Positions 40,106 through 52,976 of a stretch of DNA of 64,000 nucleotides are shown in pieces. The translations under genes were made by a program, and so were the position numbers. The notes beneath the pieces were generated by a model. It was not told where the DNA came from, did not search any database, and saw only the letters and a list, made by a program, of their open reading frames with translations. How positions within the stretch are numbered: position 1 is the first letter of the stretch; each line of letters starts with the position of its first letter. Origin of the DNA: the human T2T-CHM13v2.0 reference genome, Homo sapiens; assembly GCA_009914755.4 (NCBI GenBank), contig CP068257.2, forward strand, positions 19,904,001 to 19,968,000, given 5' to 3'.

Positions 40106-41508
40106 AGTACATACTCCTCTCTGTATTTTTTTTTCTTTTTACATTTCTCTGATGTGGTTATTAGTATGGAGCCAGTTTCAATCCTGACTTGGGCATGGAT
40201 ATGTTCCAAAAGTGCCTGTTATTTTTATATGATTTTGGCCGCCATTCTTTCATTCATAAATAGTTTGAGACTGAGAAAGTATAAAGAATAAGCAAAGTCT
40301 AATCCAGAAATATCACCTATCAATTGGTGTATTCCATCTTTAGCAATCTCCTTTCCAATAAGCTGCTATTTATCTGTAACTGTCCTACCTTAGATGTAAT
40401 AGTTTTTACCGTGTCCAAATATAAGGAAGAAATTAACTTGAGTAATTTTACATATGGCTCTAGTTATCTAGTGTGGGTTTCACAATGTCTTCATCTATTA
40501 ACTTTTATATCATTTTGAATGTAAGTATTCTTTTATGAAGCAATATTTTTTCAACATATAATTGGAAATTAGAATTCCATGCAACTTCATAAATGCTGAT
40601 TTAATATCAAGAACTTAATTTAGGTTAGTTAGAAAATTGAGCCTCCCGGTTGCCACACAATGCATATGGGTGTGTGTACATGGGTTTCATTTACTTTTCA
40701 GCCCTATATAATTACCTTGTTACTCTAAACTTTACACCTGAAGCACTGAGCATAAGAGACAGTCATTAACCAGAATGAGCTTGTTTCCCAAGTTCTTATA
40801 AAATTAATTATCCCCATAATTTTCTTGTTACTACTTCTAAAACTTATTAAGATATGTCTGTGTGTTTACCTCAAAATTACAATTAAATGTGAAGTTACAT
40901 GCAACCCAAGGAGTCTCTAATTTGTTTCTTTTCTAGGTGGGAGGATTTTCAAATTAAATTATGTTCTCCGTACCTTAATTTCATGTTGACAAAATCAGAA
41001 AAAAATAAGCAAATATACAACAGATGGGCAATGCTTTTGTAAGCATGGTGTTAATATTATCCAAGGAGACACTCCAGCAAACCATGTTTTTCAAATCAGT
41101 CTGTTCTGGCATAAGTTTTTAGGCAAAATGACTCATTAGCATTTAATCCAGATGGTTTTGGGCAGTGCATTTTCCTTCAGCAACTGTCAAGGTGCTGTAC
41201 TTCGAGTAAGTGACAATGGATACCCGGATTCTTCAAAGTCAAAAGAGTCAATTTTAGAATGGAGTGTAAACCGTTATTCCTAGAGTGTGTGAACATTAGG
41301 GTAATATTTTCATGTCCAATTTTAGCACAATTTTAACACCATCTCATAGTGATAAATATATGAAACATAAATTGAAATATGAAATATTTAAATCCATGTA
41401 ATACAAAGGATGCATCTAAGCATAATTTTCATAACAATATGTATATTTGAGCTCTACATGTTTTATAATTTTTTATAAAACATGAAGATATATATATATA
41501 CATATAAT

Positions 41509-41827
<319 letters not shown>

Positions 41828-41940
41828 TGAGTACAGCTATCCACTTACCCTCCTTTTCAAGGTCTCATTAAATGTGAGGATTTCTGAAGTTCAATAAAGG
41901 CCACAAAAAAGTATACTAACAATGACAGTATAAAAAAATA

Positions 41941-42236
41941 AGGCCAGGTTTGGTGGTTCATGCCTGTAATCCCAGCACTTTGGGAGGCCCAAGCAGGAGG
42001 ATCACTTGAGCCCAGGCGTTCAAGACCATACTGGAGAACATAGGGAGACATCATCTCTATGAAGAATAAAGAAAAATAGCAGGGAGAGGTGGTGCACACC
42101 TGGGGTTCCAGTTACTTGGGAAGCTGACGTGGGAGGATCACTTGAGCCAGGCAGGTGGTGGCTGTAATAAACTATGATCACACCACTCTACTCCAACCTG
42201 GGCAAAAGAAGGAGACCTTGTCTCAAAATAAAACAG
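41941..42236 (+). mobile_element. Alu SINE (plus), in inverted orientation relative to the Alu at 41509-41802 (138 bp apart)
   Basis: aggccaggtttggtggttcatgcctgtaatcccagcactttgggaggcccaagcaggaggatcacttgagcccaggcgttcaagaccatactggagaacatagggagacatcatctctatgaag...ctccaacctgggcaaaagaaggagaccttgtctcaaaataaaacag. Confidence 0.95.
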
Positions 42237-43029
42237 ATATGTATCAGGCAAAGGTTGTTTGCAAGTAAAAAAAATCATATCTACATACCAATTTAAGCAA
42301 AAATAATTTACTACAGAGAATTTGGTAAACACAAAGATTGTTAGAAAGTCTAAAATAGCAGGCTTTATGTTCGCGTCAAGTAATGAGTCCCCAGACTATA
42401 ATTGAATCCAGCATAATAACTGTTGCCTGTTGACCCCAGGAACACAATTCCTACAATCTAAGGATTAGAAGATCATCATCAGAACTGGGGTCTTTAGAGC
42501 AAGATCATCTATGCTACAATTCTCACCAGCAAAATGAATTTCATGATTACCCAGCCTGTCTTTCTGCATTCAACTCACTTTTGAATATAATTTGTGGAAC
42601 CCAATTTGCAAGGGAATTTAGGAAATTTAGGTTTTAATTTGTTTTGCTTTTAACTTTCCAGCCTCTTCAGTGGAGGGAGGCATAGTAAAAGAGTATTGGG
42701 TTACATGACCACTGAGTTAATTTTCCATTGCTCTCACAGGCTGCTGAAAGTGGTATTTAGAATATTTCAGAAAAATGGAAATTAACAAGGATCAGATCAA
42801 CTGATGAGCTACAGCAGAGCCCAGCACAACACACCAAAGACAGAGTAATTCTTTACTAGGTAGAAACAGAAAACATTAACTGAAGAGTGCTCATATAAAA
42901 TGGGAAACTTAATTGTAAATGGGTATGCTTTCGACCTCTCCACTGACCAGTTATCCCCCTTATCTATTCCGTCTCCTCAAGTATTTATATTCTCTATTCC
43001 CTGAGACACAATATTTAAATTAGGCCAAT

Positions 43030-44591
43030 TAATAACTCCACAATAGCCTCTAAATGTTCAAGTGAAGGGAGGAATCACATGTCTCCCACTTTAAATCAAA
43101 AGCTGGAAATGACTAAGCCAAGTGAGGTGGGCATGTTGAAAGCTGAGATAAGGTGAAAGTTAGGCTTTTTTTTTTTTTTTTTTTTTTTGCCAATCGCCAA
43201 GTTGTGAATGCAAATAAAAAGGTCCTGAAGTAAATTGAGTGTGCTGCTCCAATGAACACACAAGTAATAAGAAAGTGAAACTGCCTTATTGCTGGTAGAG
43301 GGAAAGTTTGGTGGTCTGGAGAAAAGATTAAACTAGGCTCAACATTCCCTTAACCAAAAAGGTGATGAAGCTGTAGAAGAAAAGTCTGAAGCTTGTTAAG
43401 ATTAGTTCAGGAGATTTCATCAAGGAAGCTATCTCTATAACCTAAAAGTGCAAGGTGAGACAGCAATGCTAAAGTAGAAGTTGCAGCAAAGTCATCCAGA
43501 ATATCTAGCTAAGATAATTGATAGAGGTAGATATCCTAATCAACAGATTTTCAAAGTAGATAAAACAGCTTTCTGTTGGAAGAAGATGCCATCTAGGACT
43601 TCCATAGCTAGAAGAGAGAATTCAGTGCCTGGCTTTAAAGCTTCAAAGGACTGGATGACTCTCTTGTTAGAGGCTACTGCACCTGCTGACTTTAAATGGA
43701 ATCCAATGCTCATTTACCATTCTGGATATCTTAGTACCCTTAAGAATTACACCAATTGCCTCTGCCTGTGCTCTAGAAATGGAATACAAAAAAGCCTGGA
43801 TGGCAGCATGTCTGTTTACAGCATGTTTTACTAAGTTTTTTAAGCCTACAATTGAGAACTCTTACTCATTCAAAAAGATTTCTTTCGAAATATTACTGCT
43901 CATTGACAATGCACTTTGTCACCTATGAGATCTGATCAAGAAATACACGAAGATTAATGCTTTCATACCTGCAAATACAACATCTGTTTTGCAGCCCATG
44001 GATCAAGGAGTAATTTCAACTTTCAAGTCTCAGTTTTATGAAATACATTTCATAAGGCTATAGCTGCATTCAATAGTGAGTTCTTTAGGAGATCTAGGCA
44101 GAGCAAACTGAAAACCTTCTGAAAAAGAATTGCCATTTTGGATGCCATTCAGAATATTCCTGATTCATGAAAGGAAGTGAAGATATAAACGTTAACACTG
44201 TTTTGGAGGAAGTTGATTCCAAACCTCCTGGATGACTTTGAGGAATTCAAGACTTAAGTGAAGAAAGTAACTGCAGATATTGTGGAAATAACAAAACACT
44301 CAAATTAAAAGAGAAGCCTTAAGATGTGACTGAGTTGCTATAACTTTATGATCAAATGTAAATGCATGAGTTTTTTTTTTTCTTATGAATGAGCAAACAA
44401 AGTGGTTTCTTCAGATGGAATCTACTCCTGGCAAAGATGTTGTGAACTTTCTCAAAATGACAATAAATAATTTAGAGTATTACATAAGCTTACTTGATAA
44501 AACAATAGCAGGGTTTCAAATTGACTCCAATTTTGACAAAAGTTCTCCTGTGAGTAAAATGTTATCACACATTATTGCCCACTACAGATAA
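43030..44591 (+). pseudogene. Tigger1 pogo-like transposase, decayed (stops and frameshifts)
   Basis: See the Tigger1 feature. ORFs 43481-43834 and 44385-44591 both align to Tigger1 transposase recalled from memory. Confidence 0.75.
43166..43188. repeat. (T)23 homopolymer inside the Tigger1 transposase region
   Basis: aggc + 23 x t + gccaatcgcc read directly. Interrupts the Tigger1 ORF where the consensus has no such run. Confidence 0.9.
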
Positions 44592-44982
44592 ATCGTTTGT
44601 GAAAAAAAAAAAAAGTAAACCCATGAGGCTGATTTAATTGTCTTATTTAAGAAACTGCCACAGTCACTCCAATCTTCAGCAACGATACTCTGATCAGTAA
44701 GAATCCATCACCATAGAGGCACAATCCTCCAACAGACAAAAGAATATGACTTGCTGAAGGCTCAGATGATGGCTAGCATTTTCATCAATAATGTACCTTT
44801 TTATTAAGACCTTTATATTGTTTTTAGATATAATGCTATTGCACACTTAGTAGACTATAGAATAGTGTAAACATAACTTTTATATGCACTCAGAAAACAA
44901 AATATTTATGTGATTCATTTTATTATGATAATTACTCTATTGCAGTGATCTGGAACCAAACCCACAATATCTTCAAGGTATG

Positions 44983-47251
44983 TGATATAGTTTGGCTGTG
45001 TCCCCAACAAAATTTCATCTTGAGTCGTAGTTCCCATAATCCCCATGTGTCAAAGGCAGGACCAGGTGGAGGTAATTGAATCATGGGGTGGTTTACCCCA
45101 TGCTGTTCTCATAATAGTGAGTTCTCATGAGATCTTATGGTTTTATAAACATCTAGCATTTCCCCTGCTGGCACTCATTATCTCTCCTCTGCCCTGTGAA
45201 GAGGTGCCTTCTTCAGATTGCAAGTTTCCTGAGGCCTCCCCAGCAATTCAGAACTGCGAGTAAATTAAACCTCTTTCCTTTGCAAATTACCCTACATAGC
45301 AGTATGAGAATGAATTAATACACTAAATTGGTACAGGAAACAGTGGGTTGTTGCTATAAGGCTACCCAAAAATGTGGAAACAACTTTGGAACTGGGTAAT
45401 AAGCAGATGTTGGAACAGTTTGTAGAGCTCAGAAGAAGACAGGAAAATGTGGAAAAGTTTGGAACTTCCTAGAGACTTTTTAAATGGCTTTGAACGAAAT
45501 GCTGATAGTGATAGGGACAATGAAGTCCAGGCTGAGGTTGTCTCAGATAAAAATGAGAAACTTGCTGGGAACTGTAAAGGTCACTCTTGTAATGCTTTAG
45601 CAAAGAGACTGGAAGATTTCTGCTCCTGCCCTAGAGATCTGTGGAACTTTGAACTTGAGAGAGATAGTTCAGGGAATCTGGCAGAAGAAACTTCTAAGCA
45701 GCAAAGCATTCAAGACGTGACAGAGTATAAAAGTTTAGAAAATTTGCAGCCAGTCTATGCAGTGGGAAAGAAAGCTCATTTTCTCTGGAGAAACTAAAAT
45801 CTGCTGCAGAAATTCACATAATTAATTAGGACCCAAATGCTAATCACCAAGACAATAGGGAAAATATCTCTAGGGCATGTCAGAAACCTTGCAGGCAGCT
45901 CCTTCCATCACAGGCCCGGAGGTCTAAGAGGTAAAAATAGTTTCCTTCCTGGACCATGCCAAGGGCTCCCAGCTCTGTGCAGTCTCAAGACTTGGTTCCC
46001 TGTGTCCCAGCTACTTCAGCTCCAGCCATGGCTAAAAGAGGCAAAAGTACAGCTCAGGGCATTACTTTAGAGGATGCAAGCCCCAAAACATGGCAGCTTC
46101 CATGTGATGTTGAGCCTGTGGGTGCATTGAAGTCAAGAATTGAGGTTTGAAAACACCACCTACATTTCAGAGGATGTATGGAAATGCCTGGATGTCCAGG
46201 CAGAAGGTTGCTGCAGGGGTGGAGCCCTCATGGAGACTCTCTGCTAGGGCAGTGCAGAAGGGAAATGTGGGGTTGGAACCCCCACATAGTGTCCCCACTG
46301 GGGCACTGCCTACAGGAGCTGTGAGAAGAGGGCCATTGTCTTCCAGACCCTAAAATGGTAGATCCACTGACGGCTTAACACCATGCAACTGGAAAAGCCA
46401 CAGGAACTCAATGCCAGCCTGGAAAAGCAGCCAGGAGGGGAGCTGTAACCTGCAAAGCCACAGGGGCAGAGCTGTCCAAGGCCATGGGAGCCCACCTCTT
46501 GCATCAGCGTTACCTGGATATGTAATGCTGGAATCATGGAGTCAAAGGAGATTATTTTGGAACTTTAATGTTTAATGACTGCCCTACTGGATTTTGGACT
46601 TGCATGGGACTTGTAGCCTCTGTGTTTTGGCCAATTTCTCCCATTTGGAATGGGTGTATTTACTCCATGCCTGACCTCCATTGTATCTAAGAAATAACTA
46701 AGTTTGCTATTGATTTTACAGGCTCGTAGGTGGAAGGGCCTTGCCTTATTTCAGATGAGACTTTGGACTTGGAAATTTGGGTTAATGCTGGAATGAGCTA
46801 AGAGTTTGGGAGAATGTTGGGAAGGCATGATTGTATTTGAAATGTGAAATGGAGGTGAAATTTGGGAGGGGCTAGGGGAAGAATGATATGGTTTGGCTGT
46901 GTCCCCACCCAAATCTCATCTTGAATTACTGGGATTAGTTCCCATAATCCCCACAAGCCAAGAGCAGGTTTAAGTAAAGGTAATTGAATCATGGGGCTGC
47001 TTTCCCTCATGCTGTTCTCCTGATAGTGAGTGAGTTCTCATGAGATCTGATTTTTTTAAGTGTCTGGCATTTCCCCTGCTGGCATTTATTCTCTCTCCTG
47101 CTGCCCTGTGAATAGGTCCCTTCTGTCATGATTGGAAGTTTCCTGAGGCTTTCCCAATAATGCAGAACTGTGAGTCAATTAAACCTTTTTCCTTTTCAAA
47201 TTACCTATTCTCAAGTATTTCTTCATAGCAGCATGAAAACGGACTAATACA
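44983..47251 (+). mobile_element. Full-length THE1/MST-type MaLR retroelement (LTR 44983-45340, internal 45341-46885, LTR 46886-47251) with 5-bp TSD gtatg (44978-44982 / 47252-47256)
   Basis: 5' LTR tgatatagtttggctgtgtccccaacaaaatttcatcttgagtcgtagttcccataatccccatgtgtcaaaggcaggaccaggtggaggtaattgaatcatgggg...gaatgaattaataca. 3' LTR tgatatggtttggctgtgtccccacccaaatctcatcttgaatt...agcatgaaaacggactaataca. Element starts TG and ends CA with a 5-bp TSD, as is typical of ERVL-MaLR. Internal region contains conserved ORF 45447-45797 (+). Confidence 0.85.
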
Positions 47252-50200
47252 GTATGTCTGTATAAAAAAAATTAATAAAAGATTCAAAAGCAAGACCCAG
47301 ATGCTAACTTAATCATCCTTTATGAGACGGGGTTTAGTACTTACTGACAAAACTTTATATGTTAAGAAATAGAAGAATAGTTGTTAAAGAAGCAATAAAA
47401 ACTAATACCATTAACATAGGTCACTTCTGTGAATTGAGATTAAAGGTATAGTGAAGAAAGGAAATGATTTAGTTTTCATGTGTATGTTGTGTATTATTTA
47501 TAAATTAGAATAATCTGAAACTGTTTCCACTGACCTCCCAGTTATTCACTTTTTTTTTTTGCCAAACATATGAGAAGTGGATTTTTTCATTCAACTGACT
47601 CTATCCATAGGGAGGAGAAGCACAAATATTTCAGCAATTACTTGATCCTATACTTAGATCCTATACTTAGTTTTGGTCTACTCGTTTACACGAAGTGAGT
47701 ATATCCATTACTTGAATTTGGTAACTACTTCTCTGTGGATGAGTCCCCTAGTCTCTAGTGTAGTTCAGTGTCTTCTCCTAAACTTCAGACTCAGTACAGA
47801 GCTCATCTCATCTTTACTTGAGGAACTCACAGTCATCTTAAACTCATATCCAATACTGACTATCTAAGTTGTTGGAATCATCGGTGAACTAAAAGAATAA
47901 TTAGTCTTAGTTGGTAGTTCTCCCATACAAATAAACCTTTAAGTTCTTTTTATTTAATTTTTCCATGCAAATATTTAACATTGTCTTCTATATATTTTAA
48001 TTCATTGTTTTATTTTAGCCTTTCATCTTTTCTGATCTAGACTCCTACTTATCATCTCCTCCCATATCCTCTGCTCTCAGACATATTTACAACATGGCCA
48101 CCAGAGATCTACCTAAAAATAAAATCCAAGTATGCTTATTCTTTGCTGGAAAGCATTCAATGGCTCCCCTTAACCTAGAATTTATAGGTGAAAGCCATAC
48201 TGCAATGATTATGTGACCCTCCATGTTATCTGTGTCTTCAAACCTTTTTAAACTTCCTCCGTTGTATTTTCTGTTTGGACAATTTTGAATAACTTACCCT
48301 ATCCTACTATCCTACATATATGCAAATACCACATTGTTTCTTTTTTCCACACCTATGTTATCTTCTCACTGTCCTGTTCCTTAGGCTCTTAACCTGCTCT
48401 CAAGTGGTCTGTATGACTTGTTGTCCATGGCTGGTGATGTACACTTTCTAAATACTCACATCCACATATGACCATGTGTACTTAGTACACATTTTACTTT
48501 CCAGTTTGTCTTAGAATAATCTTTTCTGTGGATCTATTTTTCAACCAGATTGCTGACTTCTTGGTGTCTGCATATATGTCTTGATTACTCTCATCTTGTT
48601 AACAACATCAAATCAATATCAATAATTAAATAATTATTTAATGAACAAATGGCCCATTGGTGGTTCTGTTATTAATGGCACAAAATAACTCTTACATGTC
48701 AGAAGGGATGTTCTTAAACTGTCAGTACTTCTAAGCACTTAAATGAACACCTTTAAAAATAATCATAGCTAAGTGTATTGCATGGAAATTATTTTTAAGA
48801 GATTGAAAATGATAACTGGAATATTTAATGCAGAGGAGGGTAAATAAGAAACTTTTTTTCTCATTTTGTGGGTTGCTCCAGTCGTAAGAAAACTGTTTTT
48901 TTGAGCAGGTGCCTCCAGTTGTTAGTCTGCAGGAGGTTATTCAAAACTGGGGCACACTGGGTTAGTTTCCATGGAAGCAGAAATTAACCCCCAGGAACCT
49001 CATACGTTTTTAACACCATCCGGAGGACATCTGGTATAGCACCCATCAGAAACAACAACTGAGGCAAATTCCCACTATAAAATACAAGTAGAAGGAAGAG
49101 CAGTCACCTTCATAATCATTTCTTACACTACTATAAATCTTCCTTTGAAATGATGTATGTTTTATCAGAATATTCAGAGTAAATTGCTATAATTTAATTT
49201 TTTGAAGTATTCTTTTCCCAAATCATAAATTATCTTAATGTAAATTATTATAGACTAGTCATAAATATTTAAGATTGATAAACTTTTTGGCAAATACTTT
49301 ATCCGTGCTTTTACTCTTCACATGGATAAATTTAAAATTTTTCTTTTTTAAACATTTATATATGCCTTAGCCATATTTTTCAAGAAATGTTTCAAGAACT
49401 CAGAAAAAGATTGGACAAGGATTATACACTTGTTAGGAAAAAATTCTTTTAAGGATTATATTGAATTTATTTAACAATCTCTGCCAGGCATTGTTGAAGT
49501 GTTTTGTAATACTGTCTCATTTAATACTACATATTTGTAAACATTAACTTATTTAATTCTTATAACAACCATATAAACGGAAATATTATCATCTACTCCC
49601 TTTCACAAATAAGGAAGCTCAGGCTGAGACTGATTATGACATTTTGCTATGTCAAACAGTTAAATGGTGGCAAAGTCAGAATTTTACTGGTCAGTCTGGA
49701 ACCAGAGTTCAAGCCACCTACAACTATATCATGTTACTTCCCTCTTGTTTTTGTCAAAGACAGGAAATGAATGTTCCAAGAAGCAAAGGACTAAGGAGGG
49801 CTGTGTGGATCTCATCTCATACAGAGATTTGAGATTTTGAAAGAATGAAAAGGACATGAATGGAATTCTTATCACAGATTCTTCCTCTTGTATTTTTTAT
49901 TGTTCTCATCTGGAATCTGGAACTTCTTAAGCTTCTCTTTCAGCCCTTTATTTCTGTGACCTTCACTGCAGTAAGATTGCCTGGTGAACCTCTACATCAT
50001 AAAGAAATAATTTCATTTAATAACCAGATCTGTAGCAAAACTGCCTCTTGCTTTCTCACATCTATTTTAACATTGACTTTGAGAAGTACAATGAAAGAAT
50101 TAAGAATTTAAGCAGAACAGTATCCTGTTGCAGACATTGTAAATGTCAATATATTGCAAAATTAAACTAAATTCAAAATAGTATTTTTCCAGCTATATCA

Positions 50201-51868
50201 ATTGAAATGTCCTGGGATCAATTTTATTCCATGATTCATACAAGCATCTGAATTCTTGTTTCTAATACTGTTTCCCACTAAACAGAATCACGACTCCTTA
50301 GAGAAATGGCTGATTTGATATTTGATATTTGAAAGGTAAAAGGTTAGCCTCAAACACATTGCTATGTCAGAAACCAAGACGTCTTTTAAGTATAAAAGGT
50401 TCATGTTGAAGGGCCAAGCTAAACTTACAGAAACATTGGCCAAGTAGAGACAATTTTAGATTAAAAGAATATTAAGTTTGTCTAATTTACAGTGAATATG
50501 AAAAATTATAAATAATGAAACAAAAAATACTATGTTAACCAAGTGTATTAATGAAGATGAAGAAAACAATGCATTTCCATTGAGTCTTGTTCATTAATCA
50601 TTTTGTTATCACTGACTAATTTATTTTACCAAGAAAAATGTAAAAATTAGTAAATATAAATAAAATAGTTAGAAAGCATGGTCTAACTTGACTGACTTGG
50701 AATGACCTTCTGTTTTCATGGCTGGTCATGCAAGTATCCTAAATTCAACTGGATACAGTTTTAAGTACCTTTAAGAGTTTTATTGCCCTAAGATAATAGA
50801 ATGGTGAACATTTATGAGGTTCAAATGAATTTATAATTACATATTTTAAAGCTAAGACATTCAGAACGGCAGAGTGATGATGTGGGGAGGTTGGAAGACA
50901 CCCTCCCTACTAAATAGCCATTAAGGATGTGGAAATCATAAGCAACCATTTGAAGTCTCTGTAAATGGTGCTAAGGGCATACATCAAATGGAGAAACATT
51001 TATTTAGGAAAATCTGCTCTGTCTCAGTAGAAACAATGCCGGTGGTGTTTGGCCACAACTTGTTCCCTTCAACTGCAGAGCGGTATGATGGAAGCTCTAC
51101 TTCAGCTTGGTGTAATTAAGAAGATGATCTCCTTCTCCCTATAGGTTTCATCACAGTTTGGGACTACAGTTTTATCTAGGGAGGGACAGACAGCAGAAAC
51201 TCTTATACCACCTAACCCTGTATTGCAGAAGCTGTATTTCAGCAAATCCATCGAAGAGCGGAGCACTGGTGTTCATCTCCCCTACAAAGCCCTCAAGAGT
51301 AACATAATACAAAAATACTGGACTCCAGTCACTGTGACATAGTTCACACTTTTGATGAAATTTCCAAGACTGACTAATGTTCCCTTAAAATAAGGAATAA
51401 GGCAAGGATGTCATCACTCACCACTTACGTTCAACATTTTATTAGAAGTCCTAAACATGGAAATTAGGCAAAACCATGAAATAAAAAGCCATTTAAATTG
51501 GAAAAGAAGCATTAAAATTATTTTTATTTGTATATGGAATTATAATATATATTAAAAATTACTATAGACTAACCATAAAAGTCCAAAAATGAAATTAAGA
51601 CAATAATGCCACTTGTAATAGTATGAAGAATAAAATACTTAGAAATAAATTTAACAAAACAAGCTTGATACTTTTACACTGAAAAGTAAAATTAAATATT
51701 GAAAGAAATTAAAGAAGATCTAAATAAATGGAAACACAATCCAAGTTTTGAATCAGAAAACAGTATTTTTAAGGTGGCAATATTACCAAAATCAAAAAAT
51801 CCATGTGAAAACCCTGGATTTGTTATATGACAAATTGATCCTAAAAGTCATGTGGATATGCAAGTGTT

Positions 51869-52238
51869 ATGGAATAAATTTTGTTCCTCAAAATTTATAT
51901 TAATAAAGTCCAAACCACTAGTATCTCAGAATTTGACAGTGTTTAGTATTAGGGTCTTTAAAGAGGTAATGAAATTAAAATGAGGTCACCAGAGTGGGTC
52001 ATAATCTAATATAAATTATGTCCTTGTAAGAAGAGAAAAATTGAACACAGGTAGACACAGAGGGAAGACCATGTGAAGACATGGGAGAAGATGGACATCT
52101 ATAAGTCAAGGAAAGAGGCTTCAGGAGAAATTAACTCTACCAAAACCTTGATCTCAGATTTAAGTCTTCAGAATAGTGAGGAAATGTTTTTAAGCCACCT
52201 AGTTCATAGTACTTTGCTTTAGTAACCCTAGCAAATTA
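51869..52238 (+). mobile_element. MLT1-type MaLR solo LTR nested in L1M ORF2
   Basis: ...gaggtcaccagagtgggtcataatctaatataaattatgtccttgtaagaagagaaaaattgaacacaggtagacacagagggaagaccatgtgaagacatgggagaagatggacatctataagtcaaggaaagaggcttcaggag...ccttgatctcagatttaagtcttcagaatagtgaggaaatgtttttaagccacctagttcatagtactttgctttagtaaccctagcaaattaa parallels MLT1 consensus (gggccctaatccaatatgactggtgtccttataagaagagg...cagagggaagaccatgtgaagacacagggagaagacggccatctacaagccaaggagagaggcctcagaag...ccttgatcttggacttccagcctccagaactgtgagaaa...tttaagccacccagtctgtggtattttgttatggcagccctagcaaactaatacag). L1 ORF2 reading continues on both sides. Confidence 0.6.
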
Positions 52239-52609
52239 ACACAAAAAGAACATAGAATACCCAAAACAATCTTGAAAAAGGAAAAAAGTTGGAAGTCTCA
52301 TACTTCCAGATTTCATAACTGACTGTGAAGCTACAGTAATCAAAACAGTGTGATACTGCAATAGAATAGACATGTAAATCCATGAAATAGAACTGAAAGT
52401 ACAGAAATAAGTTCTCATATTTACAGTAAATCAATTTTTACAAAGGTGCCAAACCAGTTCTATATATAAAATATCCCTTTCAAAAAATGATGCTATGATG
52501 ACTGGATTTACACATTGAAAAGAATATGTAAGAGTCCTTCTTCACACCATACACTGAAATTTCCCAATCATATATTGGAGAAATTAAATGTAAGAGATTA
52601 AATTAAAAA

Positions 52610-52976
52610 TTTTTTATTATACTTTAAGTTTTAGAGTACATGTGCACAATGTGCAGGTTTGTTACATATGTATACATGTGCCATGTTGGTGTGCTGCACC
52701 CATTAACTCGTCATTTAACATTGGGTATATCTCCTAATGCTATCCCTGCCCCCTCCCCCCACCCCACAACCAACCCAAATGTCCAACAATGATAGACTGG
52801 ATTAAGAAAATGTGGCACATATACACCATGGAATACTATGCAGCCATAAAAAATGATGAGTTCATGTCCTTTGTAGGGACATGGATGAAGCTGGAAACCA
52901 TTATTCTCAGCAAACTATTGCAAGAACAAAAAGCCAAACACCGCATGTTCTCACTCATAGGTAGGAATTGAACAAT
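52610..52976 (-). mobile_element. Young L1PA (primate-specific) 3'-end insertion with internal inversion. Antisense 3' terminus (52610-52767) is joined to a sense-oriented upstream segment (52768-52976). Twin-priming-like architecture
   Basis: 52610-52767 ttttttattatactttaagttttagagtacatgtgcacaatgtgcaggtttgttacatatgtatacatgtgccatgttggtgtgctgcacccattaactcgtcatttaacattgggtatatctcctaatgctatccctgccccctccccccaccccac is the reverse complement of the L1PA 3' end. 52768-52976 aaccaacccaaatgtccaacaatgatagactggattaagaaaatgtggcacatatacaccatggaatactatgcagccataaaaaatgatgagttcatgtcctttgtagggacatggatgaagctggaaaccattattctcagcaaactattgcaagaacaaaaagccaaacaccgcatgttctcactcataggtaggaattgaacaat is sense L1PA sequence immediately upstream, with the L1PA/L1HS-specific tccaacaatgatagactggattaag. 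About 48 bp of L1 are missing at the junction. Confidence 0.7.

Larger units (their letters stand above)
42610..44982 (+). mobile_element. Tigger1 (pogo/Tc1-mariner superfamily) DNA transposon, nearly full length (~2.37 kb), 3' TIR interrupted 11 bp from its end by a THE1 insertion. Terminal 11 bp resume at 47252-47262
   Basis: Transposase remnants: 43040-43160 CSSEGRNHMSPTLNQKLEMTKPSEVGMLKAEI (cf. Tigger1 ...CSSERKSRTSLTLNQKLEMIKLSEEGMSKAEIGRKLG). ORF 43481-43834 ...[80 protein letters not shown] (cf. ...[78 protein letters not shown]). ORF 44385-44591 MNEQTKWFLQMESTPGKDVVNFLKMTINNLEYYISLLDKTIAGFQIDSNFDKSSPVSKMLS (cf. [62 protein letters not shown]). 3' terminus ...cagtgatctggaaccaaacccacaatatcttcaaggtatg | THE1 | gtatgtctgta + TA matches Tigger1 end ...ggtggtctggaaccgaacccgcaatatctccgaggtatgcctgta. 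5' end is approximate. Confidence 0.8.

Noticed and set aside
38775-40187. ORFs encoding RE-repeat, CV-repeat and HT-repeat peptides
   Set aside because: Translations of (CT)n and (CA)n microsatellites (38775-39044, 39864-40100, 39957-40187). The same applies to 13543-13743, 31665-32040 and 2166-2396.
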